A stretch of 64,000 nucleotides of DNA from Parasphingorhabdus sp. (GCA_036963725.1 JBALUX010000001.1:10349-74348), one strand, 5' to 3'. Counted from the first letter of the stretch, positions 9,713-22,124 are shown. The notes: generated by a model from the letters alone, not told the origin. Numbers and translations are program-made.

Positions 9713-10777
9713 CTAAACCCGCGCAAATATTGCCTTTGCAAGGATCCTGCGCGACATATGACAATCCACACGCCGGTCCTGCGAAACCAGACCGCTCAGA
9801 AACTGGCTGGCGCTCGCATCCCAGCTATATTGCTCGCCAAGAGCGATACAATCGGCAGGATCCAGTGTGATTGCGCGCTGTATCGCGACATTCAGATCAT
9901 CGTCCATGGCACCGCTATCCGCCGTCAAAATGTCGACTGGTCCGGTTACCGGAAAGGCCGCTACCGGCGTGCCGCAGGCAAGAGCCTCGATAATCACCAG
10001 ACCGAATGTATCTGTCTTGCTGGGAAAGACAAAGACATCGGCGCCGGCATAATAGCCGGCGAGTTGCTCACCCGATTTTCTGCCGGCGAAATGGACCTCG
10101 GGATGACGGGCCTTCAGACCCTCCAGCGCTGGTCCATCACCGACCACGACTTTCGAACCCGGCTGATCGCTATCGAGAAAGGCGGCAATATTTTTCTCTA
10201 TCGCCACCCGCCCGACATAGAGCTGGATCGGCCGGGCGAGATGGCCATATTCGGATGGCTGCGGCGCATCGGCACGAAAATTCTGCAAATCGACTCCGCG
10301 GCTCCAGTGATGGATATGGGACAGTCTTTCGTCCCGCAGCTGCTCACGAACGCTTTCTGTCGAGACCATGATCGCTTCCGATCCGCGGTGGAACCAGCGG
10401 ATGTAGGGCCAGAACAGACGCGGCGACAATTTGGTTCTCCTAGCGAGATACTCTGGGAACTGCGTGTGATATGCTGTTGTAAACGGGCGCTTATTTCTGC
10501 GACACCAGCGACGCGCCTGGATGCACAGCGGGCCTTCGGTCGCCAGATGAACCGCGTCCGCGCCAAAGGCGGCGATCCGCTGACCAATAGTCTGGGCCCG
10601 GGCAAAGGCCAGCCGGATTTCCGGATAGCTCGGCGCCGGGATCGAACGATATTGGTCGGGCGAAATCACCAATATTTCATGGCCCCTGTCGCGCAGCAAC
10701 CCGATCACCGTATCCAGCGTCCGCACCACGCCGTTGACTTGCGGATGCCAGGCATCCGTCACCAGCGCGATCTTCAC
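9713..10777 (-). CDS. GT4 glycosyltransferase (Agt-like glycolipid synthase)
   Basis: MKIALVTDAWHPQVNGVVRTL, ATEGPL, YHTQFPEY, DTFGLVIIEALACG; overlaps upstream phosphoesterase stop. Confidence 0.85.
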   Translation of the reverse strand: MKIALVTDAWHPQVNGVVRTLDTVIGLLRDRGHEILVISPDQYRSIPAPSYPEIRLAFARAQTIGQRIAAFGADAVHLATEGPLCIQARRWCRRNKRPFTTAYHTQFPEYLARRTKLSPRLFWPYIRWFHRGSEAIMVSTESVREQLRDERLSHIHHWSRGVDLQNFRADAPQPSEYGHLARPIQLYVGRVAIEKNIAAFLDSDQPGSKVVVGDGPALEGLKARHPEVHFAGRKSGEQLAGYYAGADVFVFPSKTDTFGLVIIEALACGTPVAAFPVTGPVDILTADSGAMDDDLNVAIQRAITLDPADCIALGEQYSWDASASQFLSGLVSQDRRVDCHMSRRILAKAIFARV

Positions 10778-11688
10778 GCTGCCTGATCCATGTCGCCGTC
10801 GACCGATATCAGTTTGGCCGGCTGCTCGCCGCGCTCCTTGCGCGCCTTGATTTCATCAGCCCAGTGCAGGATCTGCATATTGCCATCGTCGCATTCAACC
10901 AGAGCGGTGCAGCCCTCGACCCAGTCACCGTCATTATAATATTCGATCCCCTTGATCACGCGATGCTCGGCGGTGTGGATATGACCGCAGACCACGCCAT
11001 CAACGCCCCGACTTTCCGCTGCCTTGGCCACGGTTTCTTCATAGCGTCCGATAAACTCGACCGCATTCTTGACCTTGTGTTTGGCCATTTTGGAGAGCGA
11101 CCAATAAGGCAGATCCAGCCAGGTGCGGACCTTGTTGACCAGCCAGTTGACCCGCATCAATGTTACATAGGCGGCATCACCGATGACGGCGAGCCAGCGA
11201 TGGGCCAGCATCACCGTGTCGAATTCATCGCCGTGCAGCACCAGCAGGCGGCGACCATCGGCGGTTTCGTGGATCGCCGACCGCCGGATTTCCACACCGC
11301 CAAAGCTCAGCCCGGTAAACTGGCGGAACATCTCGTCATGATTGCCGGGAATATAGACGATGCGCGTGCCACGCCGCGCCCGCTTCAATATCCGCCAGAT
11401 GATATCATTATGACCGTCCGGCCAGAAGAATCTCTTCTTCAGCCGCCAGCCATCGATGATGTCACCGACCAGGTAAAGCGTGTCGCTGTCGACATGGTCG
11501 AGAAAATCAATCAGTAGATCGGCATTGCAGCCGCGCGTGCCGAGATGGATGTCCGAAATCCAGATTGTTCTGTACCGGGTGCGGTCGCGCGCATGCACCC
11601 GCGGCTTCCGCTTGAGCCGCGCCTCATAGCGATCAACGTCGAGCAGCGGAATATCGGCTTTGGTGAAGGGGGGAAAATGCTTGGCCAT
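10774..11688 (-). CDS. LpxH/PlcP-like metallophosphoesterase (probable phospholipase C)
   Basis: SDIHLG, GDIIDGW, GNHD, HGD, CGHIH, GDWVE; paired with a GT4 gene as in plcP-agt loci. Confidence 0.8.
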   Translation of the reverse strand: MAKHFPPFTKADIPLLDVDRYEARLKRKPRVHARDRTRYRTIWISDIHLGTRGCNADLLIDFLDHVDSDTLYLVGDIIDGWRLKKRFFWPDGHNDIIWRILKRARRGTRIVYIPGNHDEMFRQFTGLSFGGVEIRRSAIHETADGRRLLVLHGDEFDTVMLAHRWLAVIGDAAYVTLMRVNWLVNKVRTWLDLPYWSLSKMAKHKVKNAVEFIGRYEETVAKAAESRGVDGVVCGHIHTAEHRVIKGIEYYNDGDWVEGCTALVECDDGNMQILHWADEIKARKERGEQPAKLISVDGDMDQAA

Positions 11689-11737
11689 AAAAACTCCCAT
11701 GGAGACTATCCCATGGGCCCGGCCCTAGCAGCCGATT

Positions 11738-11777
11738 GTTACAGCAAAGCCCCGCTTTTATGAAGCTTTGGTGACGA
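11738..11777 (-). promoter_or_regulatory. Putative Pho box
   Basis: Minus strand TCGTCAC-CAAA-GCTTCAT-AAAA plus CTGTAAC in the same 11-bp phase. Confidence 0.55.
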
Positions 11778-11782
11778 GGAAC

Positions 11783-12202
11783 CTAGTTGTTCAGGAACAA
11801 ACGCACCTGTGTTTGCAGATGCGGAACGGCTTGATCGCTGGTCAGAAATTCTGTGACAGCCATGGTTGCCCAGCCCTGCCCCTCGTCACCGAATATAATA
11901 TCATCCAGTATTTCGGGTGACAGGCGGCAGATAAAGAACAGCGCCACATGACCGGACCCGCGCCAGTTCGGGTAGGATTGCACAGGTTCAAAACGATCAG
12001 GCGCGATGCTTATGCCGAATTCTTCAAATGTTTCGCGGGCGACGCATTCCGCGCCGCTCTCGTCATTTTCGCGTCCGCCACCTGGTAAATCCAGCATATC
12101 GGGAAAGGGAATGTCCGGCTTGTTGTCGCGGCGATAGACCAGGATATGATCGTCGATAAAGATCGCGACTTTTGCACCGTGAAAATCAGGCTCGCCGGTC
12201 AC
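11783..12202 (-). CDS. NUDIX hydrolase
   Basis: Nudix box LPGGGRENDESGAECVARETFEEFG. Confidence 0.9.
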   Translation of the reverse strand: MTGEPDFHGAKVAIFIDDHILVYRRDNKPDIPFPDMLDLPGGGRENDESGAECVARETFEEFGISIAPDRFEPVQSYPNWRGSGHVALFFICRLSPEILDDIIFGDEGQGWATMAVTEFLTSDQAVPHLQTQVRLFLNN

Positions 12203-12216
12203 TTTGGCATAGCGGT

Positions 12217-13227
12217 CTATTCGACCGTCAGCACGATCTTGCCGATATGATCGCCGGCTTCCATATGGGCGTGCGCCTTGGCGGCGTCGGCGAGCGGAAA
12301 GCTCTCATCCATCACCGGCTTCAATTTGCCCGCTTCCACATCCGGCCAGACATAGCGATATATTTCATCGGCCATCAACGCCTTGCGCTCGGCCGACTGT
12401 GGCCGCAGCGTCGAACCGGTGAGGGTCAGCCGTTTCATCATGACTTGGGCCATGTTGATCGTCGCCTGCAGCCCGCCCTGCACCGCTATGGTCACATGAC
12501 GGCCATCTTCTTTCAGACATTGCAGATTGCGTGCGACATAGTCGCCTGCCACCATATCGAGCACGATTTCAACGCCCTTGCCATCGGTGATCTTCTTGAT
12601 CTCCTCGACAAAATCCTGGCTCTTATAGTTGATCGCATGATCGGCGCCGATCTGCTTGGCGGCGGTGCATTTCTGGTCGCTGCCGCAGGTAACGATGACC
12701 TTCAGGCCGAACAGCTTGCCGAGCATGATCGACATGGTACCGATACCGCTGGTGCCACCATGGACCAGCACGGTTTCGTCTTCGCGGGCAAAGCCGCGGT
12801 TGAACAAATTGCCCCAAACCGTGAACAAGGTTTCGGGTAACGCAGCCGCTTCGGCCATGGTGAGGCTTTCCGGCACTTCCAGACATTGTCCGACCGGCGC
12901 GACACAATATTCGGCATAGCCGCCGCCATTGGTCAGCGCACAAATCTTGCGGCCGATCCATTCCATGCCGACGTTCTCGCCCAGTCCCACGACGGTGCCC
13001 GACACTTCCAGACCCGGCAACGGCGAGGCCCCCGGCGGCACCGGATAGAAACCCATGCGCTGGATAACGTCCGGCCGGTTGACCCCGGCGGCCGCCACCC
13101 GGATCAGCACTTCGTCCTGCGCCGGTTGCGGAACCGCGACGGTTTCGGTTTTCAGGACTTCTGGTCCGCCAGGCTCGCTGATCACGATAGCGGTCATTTC
13201 TTTTTGCAGCAGTTCAGATACGGCCAT
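12217..13227 (-). CDS. NAD(P)H-quinone oxidoreductase (zeta-crystallin/PIG3 family)
   Basis: AAGVNRPD, GLEVSG, HGGTSGIG, HIGKIVL. Confidence 0.9.
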   Translation of the reverse strand: MAVSELLQKEMTAIVISEPGGPEVLKTETVAVPQPAQDEVLIRVAAAGVNRPDVIQRMGFYPVPPGASPLPGLEVSGTVVGLGENVGMEWIGRKICALTNGGGYAEYCVAPVGQCLEVPESLTMAEAAALPETLFTVWGNLFNRGFAREDETVLVHGGTSGIGTMSIMLGKLFGLKVIVTCGSDQKCTAAKQIGADHAINYKSQDFVEEIKKITDGKGVEIVLDMVAGDYVARNLQCLKEDGRHVTIAVQGGLQATINMAQVMMKRLTLTGSTLRPQSAERKALMADEIYRYVWPDVEAGKLKPVMDESFPLADAAKAHAHMEAGDHIGKIVLTVE

Positions 13228-13327
13228 TTATTATCCCCCGGGAAATTTGCGACCCCCCTTGTTTGCGGCCCTTATTGACAGCAAAGCGCGGGCGGTCAAC
13301 ATTGTGATGCAGGAGGTGAGTCGATTC

Positions 13328-13525
13328 ATGGATGATGATGAAAATTTACCACGCAACGCCAATGATCCCGTGGCCCTGATGGTCAAACAGGATCTCGACC
13401 CGTTGTCGGTGGACGAGTTGGACAAACGGATTTCCTTGTTGAAATCGGAAATAAGCCGCTGTGAAGCCAAGAAAAGCTTCGCGGTGACCCATCGGGCCAG
13501 CGCGGAAAATCTGTTCAAAAAGTGA
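13328..13525 (+). CDS. DUF1192 protein
   Basis: QDLDPLSVDELDKRISLLKSEI...AENLFK; GGAGG RBS upstream. Confidence 0.8.
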   Translation: MDDDENLPRNANDPVALMVKQDLDPLSVDELDKRISLLKSEISRCEAKKSFAVTHRASAENLFKK

Positions 13526-13793
13526 TAAAGGCTGGCTTTCGCTAAACCATTTGTTAACCTTGTTTAATAATAGTCGGGTTCAGACGTTTCATTTTGGACC
13601 GTATAGGAGAAGAGAGACGAAAAACTGGCAGCTTTGGCCGGATGTTTGCAGATCAGAGGCGCGGCGCCCTTGACGTTTAAGCTGCGGGTCACGATCTAGA
13701 GTGCAAGCAATTGGTTAAAGCCCGAAACCGGATGAACAGCATCCATTTCGGCGACCGGGGCATTAAAACCGTCCCAAATATGGAGTAAAATTA

Positions 13794-16112
<2,319 letters not shown>

Positions 16113-16149
16113 TTCGCCGTTGCACAGGGCACAGGCCCGGAAAAATAGC

Positions 16150-16181
16150 AAAAACGGCGTGGCTGATCCCACGCCGTTTTT
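16150..16181. terminator. Bidirectional intrinsic terminator
   Basis: AAAAACGGCGTGG-CTGATC-CCACGCCGTTTTT between convergent genes. Confidence 0.85.
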
Positions 16182-16220
16182 ATTTGTCCTGACCACTCGG
16201 AAAATCTGATCCCGACGAAC

Positions 16221-16565
16221 CTAGCTGCTGCTATCCATCCGCAGCGATCGCGTGGCATCGCTAATCAGGAAATTGGCTTCGTCTGCACGGATTTCGGCGA
16301 GCACGGCCGGATCGGAGACCGTCGCCAGAAACGCGTCATAATCGGCCTGTGTGGCAAAATGGATTTCGGTGATCACATCAAAACCGGGATCGGCTTGCGC
16401 GGCATTGATACGACTTTCCGACCGGTCCAGATAATGGCGCTGATAATATACGAACATTGGCAGCAGCCGTTTGATCAGCGGCACATGATGTGTCTCGTAA
16501 TAGCTGCGGAATTGTTCTGCCGACACTTCCGGCTTTTTCGAAATCAGAAAGAAATGCTTGATCAT
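16221..16565 (-). CDS. EthD-domain protein
   Basis: FRSYYETHHVPL, FDVITE, DEANF. Confidence 0.8.
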   Translation of the reverse strand: MIKHFFLISKKPEVSAEQFRSYYETHHVPLIKRLLPMFVYYQRHYLDRSESRINAAQADPGFDVITEIHFATQADYDAFLATVSDPAVLAEIRADEANFLISDATRSLRMDSSS

Positions 16566-16767
16566 ATTTGCCCTCCCGGTCAGCGCGACCGTCCGAGATG
16601 TGCCTACTCATAACGAACCAGAGAGACAAGCAGATGGAAGATGAAGCTATGTCAGAACTGACCGCGATGAGAGAATCCGGACGAAGTAGAATCGCGCATG
16701 GAGCCGGAGAAAAATTCCAAGCCGTTCGACGGCGAGCAAAATGATATCTGCACCTGTTGAAACACTC

Positions 16768-16785
16768 CTGACAGGATGCTGTCAG
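16768..16785. promoter_or_regulatory. Palindromic operator, likely for the WYL regulator
   Basis: CTGACAG-GATG-CTGTCAG, 6 bp upstream of a TATGAT -10-like hexamer. Confidence 0.55.
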
Positions 16786-16835
16786 TAGGGCTATGATATC
16801 CGGTACTTGTTCAAGCAATGAGAAGGAGCAAGCAC

Positions 16836-17210
16836 ATGACCGAGATGACCCGTGATCGCCTGGTTTGGGTAGAGATCCCCGCAACCGACCTGGACCGTGC
16901 GAAGACATTTTACGAGGCTGTTCTCGATACCAGCCTCGTCGCGAATGATGACGGACCGCAGACGATGCAGATGATCCCCAGTACGGATGGCGCCATGTGT
17001 GGCCATCTATATGCCGGCAAGCCTGCAACGGCCGGTGACGGCATCACCGCGCATCTTGCGGTCAGCGGTGACCTGACCGAAGCGATGCAGCGGATCGAAC
17101 GCAGCGGCGGCGAAGTGGTCTCGGAAATCATTTCCCTTCCGTCAGGCGCATTTTTCTATGCCAAAGACAGCGAGGGCAACAGCCTTGGTATCTTCAGGTA
17201 TAACGCCTGA
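16836..17210 (+). CDS. VOC/glyoxalase family protein
   Basis: WVEIPATDLDRAKTFY, DSEGNSLG; AAGGAG RBS. Confidence 0.85.
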   Translation: MTEMTRDRLVWVEIPATDLDRAKTFYEAVLDTSLVANDDGPQTMQMIPSTDGAMCGHLYAGKPATAGDGITAHLAVSGDLTEAMQRIERSGGEVVSEIISLPSGAFFYAKDSEGNSLGIFRYNA

Positions 17211-17929
17211 TGCGCAGAGCCGACCGCCTGTTCCAGATTGTTCAATATCTGCGCGGTGGTCGGCTTGTGACCGCGGCAAAGCTGGCCGAGCGCCTGGAAG
17301 TCTCCGAACGCACGATCTATCGTGATATCGCCGACCTCCAGTCCACGGGGGTCCCCATCGAGGGGGAAGCCGGTATCGGCTATATCATGCGCAGCGGCTT
17401 CGACCTGCCGCCCTTGATGTTCACCCGCGACGAGATAGTGGCCCTGGTCACCGGCGCACGCATGGTTCGCGCCTGGGGTGGCACGGCGATGATCGCCGCG
17501 GCAGAAGAGGCGCTGGTCAAGATCGAGGCGGTGTTGCCGGAAGCCGAGCGCAGCCGCGTCGGCGACACGAAAATATTTTCACCGCGCATCGGACTGGCTG
17601 GACAGTCGGGAGAGCTGATCGACCGCTGCGAACATGCTGTCGATACGCGGGAGATCGTGACGCTGGATTATTGCGACGAAGATGGCTCGACAACCCGGCG
17701 GGATGTCCAGCCGCTCGGCCTGTGGTTCTGGGGCAAGGTCTGGACATTGGTGGGGTGGTGCGAATTTCGCGATGACTTTCGGGCATTCCGGCTCGATCGC
17801 ATTGCCGGATTCACACCGACTGGCGCAATCTACAAACCGGACCCGCAAAGATCGCTCGAGGAATTCTCGCGTCAGCAGCGAGAAAAATACAGAGCCCAAA
17901 TGAATGATTCTGACCAAGGAGGAGATTGA
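17210..17929 (+). CDS. YafY-family HTH-WYL transcriptional regulator
   Basis: MRRADRLFQI, VSERTIYRDI, WTLVGWCEFRDDFRAFRLDRI. Confidence 0.92.
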   Translation: MRRADRLFQIVQYLRGGRLVTAAKLAERLEVSERTIYRDIADLQSTGVPIEGEAGIGYIMRSGFDLPPLMFTRDEIVALVTGARMVRAWGGTAMIAAAEEALVKIEAVLPEAERSRVGDTKIFSPRIGLAGQSGELIDRCEHAVDTREIVTLDYCDEDGSTTRRDVQPLGLWFWGKVWTLVGWCEFRDDFRAFRLDRIAGFTPTGAIYKPDPQRSLEEFSRQQREKYRAQMNDSDQGGD

Positions 17930-17930
17930 A

Positions 17931-18545
17931 ATGACCCTGAAATTTTACACCAACCCGATGTCGCGCGGCCAGATTGCCCGTTGGGCACTACACGAAGCGG
18001 GCGCGGACTATGAGCAGATATTGCTCGAATATGGCACGTCGATGAAGGCTGACGACTATCTGCAGATCAATCCGATGGGCAAGGTGCCGGCGATCGAACA
18101 TGACGGCAAGGTCGTGACCGAGGGCGCAGCTATCTGTGCCTATCTGGCCGACGCCTTTGCGGATGCCGGCCTCGCACCGACCGCAGCGGAACGGGCCGAC
18201 TATTATCGCTGGCTATTCTTTGCGGCGGGACCGATCGAAGCGGCGATCACCAACAAGTCTCTCGGCTTTGAAGTGGCGCAGGATAAAGAGATGACGGCCG
18301 GCTATGGCAATTATGACCGGGTGGTCGATGTGCTGGATAGCAAGCTTCAGGCGGATGATTATGTCTGCGGTTCGCGCTTCACCATGGCCGATGTCTATTT
18401 CGGCGCGCAGGTCATATGGGGCACGCAATTCGGCACCCTGCCCGCGCGGGACAGCTTTGTCGCTTATGCCGGGAGGTTGACGGCGCGGGACGCGCACAAA
18501 GCAGCCAAGGCCGTCGACGACGCGCTGATTGCCAAAAATGGCTGA
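17931..18545 (+). CDS. Glutathione S-transferase
   Basis: NPMSRG, INPMGKVP, TEGAAI, FTMADV. Confidence 0.9.
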   Translation: MTLKFYTNPMSRGQIARWALHEAGADYEQILLEYGTSMKADDYLQINPMGKVPAIEHDGKVVTEGAAICAYLADAFADAGLAPTAAERADYYRWLFFAAGPIEAAITNKSLGFEVAQDKEMTAGYGNYDRVVDVLDSKLQADDYVCGSRFTMADVYFGAQVIWGTQFGTLPARDSFVAYAGRLTARDAHKAAKAVDDALIAKNG

Positions 18546-18561
18546 TCGCCCTGCCCAAGAC

Positions 18562-18602
18562 AAAGAAAAGGCCAGAGGGATGTCCCGTCTGGCCTTTTCT
18601 TT
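18562..18602. terminator. Bidirectional intrinsic terminator
   Basis: AAAGAAAAGGCCAGA...TCTGGCCTTTTCTTT. Confidence 0.8.
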
Positions 18603-18619
18603 AACCGCCTGGAGCCTGT

Positions 18620-19345
18620 TCACTCGCCGGGAGCGGGCTGTTCGTAATCGAGAACGGGCTGTTCGATGACCGGTTGCTCAGCAACGGCTTCCGGTTGCCC
18701 ATATTGGACCTGCCACGCCTGAAGATCGCGTTCATATTCCTCAAAAGCGAGATAGAAATCGGTGAACGGCTTTTCCAGTTCCGGCAACGCCTGTTCGGCA
18801 AACAGGTTGAGATCGGCCGACTTGGTCACGATCGCGCGCTGGCTGATCTGCACGGCCTGGTCACAAAAGGGCCGACGCAACGGGGAGAAGGACCAGTAAT
18901 TGTATAGCTGGGTCTGGTGCCGGTCATGCTCGGTCTTGTAGCCGCTGCCGGTGTCCCGCTGGAATTTCCTGATAATCGCGTTGTTGGCGTTGCGGAGCGA
19001 CGCGCTGTTATTCTTGATGAATGCGTTATAATCGTCAACCAGACGCTCGTAGAGCGGTCCGGTGCAGCTGAGCGCCGCGACATTCAGCGCAGCGCGGACG
19101 TGCCACAAGGTTTCCAGCGGTCCGAGATCGCGATTGATTGTCTCGCGCAACCCGTCGGTGCGGAGCGCCGGCACGATCGACAGATGGCTTGCACCAAATG
19201 GCGGTGTCGGCGCGCGCGGCGTATATTGTGGCTGCACAACCGGTGCAGGTGGCGGCGGCGGCGGAGGCGGCGGCGTTTGACAGGCGGCAAGCAGAGCCAA
19301 TCCGCCGGCTACCAATATAAGACGCATATCCATCAAACGCGGCAT
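18620..19345 (-). CDS. Hypothetical lipoprotein with Pro-rich linker
   Basis: LAAC lipobox, poly-Pro, WHVRAALNVAALSC. Confidence 0.75.
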   Translation of the reverse strand: MPRLMDMRLILVAGGLALLAACQTPPPPPPPPPAPVVQPQYTPRAPTPPFGASHLSIVPALRTDGLRETINRDLGPLETLWHVRAALNVAALSCTGPLYERLVDDYNAFIKNNSASLRNANNAIIRKFQRDTGSGYKTEHDRHQTQLYNYWSFSPLRRPFCDQAVQISQRAIVTKSADLNLFAEQALPELEKPFTDFYLAFEEYERDLQAWQVQYGQPEAVAEQPVIEQPVLDYEQPAPGE

Positions 19346-19439
19346 TGTGATATTCTCCCAAAACAACAGCCGTTTCCTTATGATTCACGCATGTGAATGT
19401 CCAGCATTTGCGCTCAAATCTCGACGAAGTGGCAAAAGA

Positions 19440-19469
19440 AAAAGCCCGACAGTTTCCTGCCGGGCTTTT
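19440..19469 (-). terminator. Intrinsic terminator after YccA gene
   Basis: AAAAGCCCG...CGGGCTTTT hairpin. Confidence 0.65.
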
Positions 19470-19496
19470 CCGATAATCTATAGTGAGCCCAGTGGC

Positions 19497-20231
19497 CTAT
19501 TCGCGGCCGCCCATGAAGTAGAGCAGGAACTGGAACATGTTGATGAAGTCCAGATAGAGGCTGAGTGCGCTCAGGACCACGGTCTTGCCGACCATGTCGG
19601 TTCCCGCAACATAAGCATACATGCTCTTGATCCGCTGCGTATCGTAGGCAGTGAGGCCTGCGAAGACCAGCACGCCAATCGCGCTGATCACGAGTTGCAT
19701 CATCGACGACTGCAGGAAGATGTTGATCACCATCGCGACCAGAATACCGACCACGCCCATGATCAGGAAGCTGCCCCAGCCGGACAGGTCTTTCTTGGTC
19801 GTGTAGCCATAGAGGCTCAGACCGAGGAAGGCGGCTGCGGTGGCAAAGAAGGTCTGCGCGATCGATGCGCCGGTATAGACCAGGAAGATGGTCGACATGG
19901 ACATGCCCATCAGAGCGGCAAAGCCCCAGAACATCGCCTGCAGCGTGAAGGTCGAGAATTTATTCTGCCCGAAGCTCATCGCGAAAACAATCGCAAGCGG
20001 CGACAGCATGATCACCCATTTCAGCGGCCCGCCGCCGAACATGATGTCCTGCGCGAGACCGGAGCTGGCGAACAGCATCGCGACGATACCGGTAAGCAAT
20101 ACGCCACTGGCCATGTAATTATAGACTTTGAGCATGTAGGTGCGCAGGCCCGCGTCGAACGCGACCTCGGTCTGCGGAGCGGTGCCCACAGGGGCCTGCC
20201 CGAAGGTTGTTCTTGGATCTTGCCAAGCCAT
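19497..20231 (-). CDS. Bax inhibitor-1/YccA family membrane protein
   Basis: GLRTYMLKVYNYM, YGYTTKKDLS, TAYDTQ, ALSLYLDFINMF. Confidence 0.93.
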   Translation of the reverse strand: MAWQDPRTTFGQAPVGTAPQTEVAFDAGLRTYMLKVYNYMASGVLLTGIVAMLFASSGLAQDIMFGGGPLKWVIMLSPLAIVFAMSFGQNKFSTFTLQAMFWGFAALMGMSMSTIFLVYTGASIAQTFFATAAAFLGLSLYGYTTKKDLSGWGSFLIMGVVGILVAMVINIFLQSSMMQLVISAIGVLVFAGLTAYDTQRIKSMYAYVAGTDMVGKTVVLSALSLYLDFINMFQFLLYFMGGRE

Positions 20232-20424
20232 AATTGCATACTCCTCAAATTAGCGAGCCGACAAAACAGGCTCTATAGGTACCAATATCGGGTAATAGCG
20301 CATTTTTTTCAAGGGAAACCGCCTTGGCTTGCCAAAATAATCCCGCCAGATTCGATAGATAGCTTCTATCGCACCAGCCGATTGTCGAAAAAATTTCCGG
20401 TGGACAAACGGCCGCCGGGACTCT

Positions 20425-20889
20425 CTAGCCGGCCGCAAGCCATTTCCTGATATTCCGGGCCGCTTCGGTCACTTCTGCCCAGGTCTGGTCAAAATCACTC
20501 TCGCTGCCATAATAGGGATCGGCAACATCCTCGCCCGCCCTGCCCGCAACATGATCGAAGAGTAGCGACAGTTTCGACACTGCCTTCGTCGGTCGCAGCC
20601 CGTTCAGATCGCGCAAATTCTGGTTGTCCAGCGCGATGATATGATCGAAATCGCGAAAATCCGATGCCTTCACCTGACGTGCCCGGAAATGCCCGATTTC
20701 CACGCCATTCTGCGCCGCGACAGCCTGCGCGCGTTCATCCGGCGGCTGCCCGACATGCCAGTCGCCGGTGCCGGCTGAATCAACAATGACATTTAACTCG
20801 GAACGCAGGCATTCCTGCCGCAAGGCGGCTTCGGCCAGCGGCGAACGGCAAATATTGCCAAGACAGACAAACAACACGGACTGGCTCAT
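20425..20889 (-). CDS. Low-molecular-weight protein-tyrosine phosphatase
   Basis: VCLGNICRSP, DSAGT, DPYY. Confidence 0.93.
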   Translation of the reverse strand: MSQSVLFVCLGNICRSPLAEAALRQECLRSELNVIVDSAGTGDWHVGQPPDERAQAVAAQNGVEIGHFRARQVKASDFRDFDHIIALDNQNLRDLNGLRPTKAVSKLSLLFDHVAGRAGEDVADPYYGSESDFDQTWAEVTEAARNIRKWLAAG

Positions 20890-20923
20890 TATACTACTCT
20901 ACATTTACCAATAAAAGACAGGA

Positions 20924-21475
20924 TCAGCGGCCACCGACAAACACGCCGCAAGCCAGCCGGCCGCCACTCTCACCGGACGGATCGGTCTTCAGGTCATCCG
21001 GGCCTTCATGTACCACGAAAGCCGCGCCATCGGCATCAAGCAGGGCAAATTCACCATCGCTGAGCGTTGCGCCGGCTATGGTCGCTTCCAGCGCGCCGGT
21101 TCCGTCTGCGCCAATGTCCAGATTGAAGAAATCGCCCGCATGCGCGCCTTGCGGATTGTCAAAGCCATGCTGTTTCACACCGGGATTCCAGTGGCCACCG
21201 GCAGATTTGAAATCGGGACCTTCGCATTTTCCGATCTCGTGAATATGCACGCCATGCGGACCCGGCGACATGCCCTGGGCCTTGATATTGATGATCAGAC
21301 CATTGTCGCCCTGCGCCGCGATCACTTCGCCATATTCGGTCTGATCCGCGCCGACCAGCGCCGCCCGCGCGACATTGCCGCTGACTTCGCCCGGGGATAT
21401 GCCTTCCTGGCTGCATCCGGCGGCCGCGAGTGACAACAGAACCACGCCCGACAAACCTATAAAATGCTGACTCAC
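20924..21475 (-). CDS. sodC: Cu/Zn superoxide dismutase (lipoprotein)
   Basis: HGVHIHE, GGHWNP, HAGD, VHEGPDD, RLACG; GTG start with AAGGAG RBS. Confidence 0.88.
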   Translation of the reverse strand: MSQHFIGLSGVVLLSLAAAGCSQEGISPGEVSGNVARAALVGADQTEYGEVIAAQGDNGLIINIKAQGMSPGPHGVHIHEIGKCEGPDFKSAGGHWNPGVKQHGFDNPQGAHAGDFFNLDIGADGTGALEATIAGATLSDGEFALLDADGAAFVVHEGPDDLKTDPSGESGGRLACGVFVGGR

Positions 21476-21593
21476 GACGCTTCTCCTTGATTTCCTTGCT
21501 GTTGATATCATGATAGCAGCCGATCCGCCCGCTTGGAACCATTTGTTCCCCTTCCTTTGTTCTCCGCATCGCACAGGAGCCAGATTGCCGCAT

Positions 21594-22124
21594 ATGCTCT
21601 ACCTGATCGCCCTGGGATCGAACCAGCGCCACCAGCATTTTGGCGCGCCGCGCGCCATAATTGCCGCGGCCGGACAGCGGCTGGCCACGCAGGGCCTGAC
21701 CATGGTCGAAGCCTCCCGCGTCATCAACTCGCGTCCGGTCGGACCATCCCAGCGCAGCTATGCCAATGGAGTCGCGATCATCGAAACGACATTGCCGCCC
21801 CCTGCTCTGCTGGCCTTGCTGAAGCGTATCGAATCAGAATTCGGCACCCGGCGCGGCCAGGCCTGGTCACGGCGGGTGCTCGATCTCGACATTATATTAT
21901 GGAGCGGCGGCGCCTTTGCCAGCGAGCAACCGGCCCTCACCATCCCCCATCCGCTGATGCGCGAACGCAGCTTCGTCCTGCGCCCCGCGGCGGAGATTGC
22001 GGGCGATTGGTGCGATCCCCTGACCGGCCGGACGGTCGCCCAACTCGACGCCCGCAACCGGCGACCCAGAAAACACGGCAAAAAAGCGCCAAAGCCGCTT
22101 GACCATGAAACAAAGCGCCCCTAG
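21594..22124 (+). CDS. folK: 2-amino-4-hydroxy-6-hydroxymethyldihydropteridine diphosphokinase
   Basis: IALGSN, YANGV, WSRRVLDLDII, IPHP, ERSFVLRP. Confidence 0.9.
   Translation: MLYLIALGSNQRHQHFGAPRAIIAAAGQRLATQGLTMVEASRVINSRPVGPSQRSYANGVAIIETTLPPPALLALLKRIESEFGTRRGQAWSRRVLDLDIILWSGGAFASEQPALTIPHPLMRERSFVLRPAAEIAGDWCDPLTGRTVAQLDARNRRPRKHGKKAPKPLDHETKRP

Noticed and set aside
13543-13558. CtrA-like TTAA-N7-TTAA sites (also 3261-3276)
   Set aside because: Each has a mismatch and lies in AT-rich intergenic DNA; cannot be separated from chance without a PWM scan.
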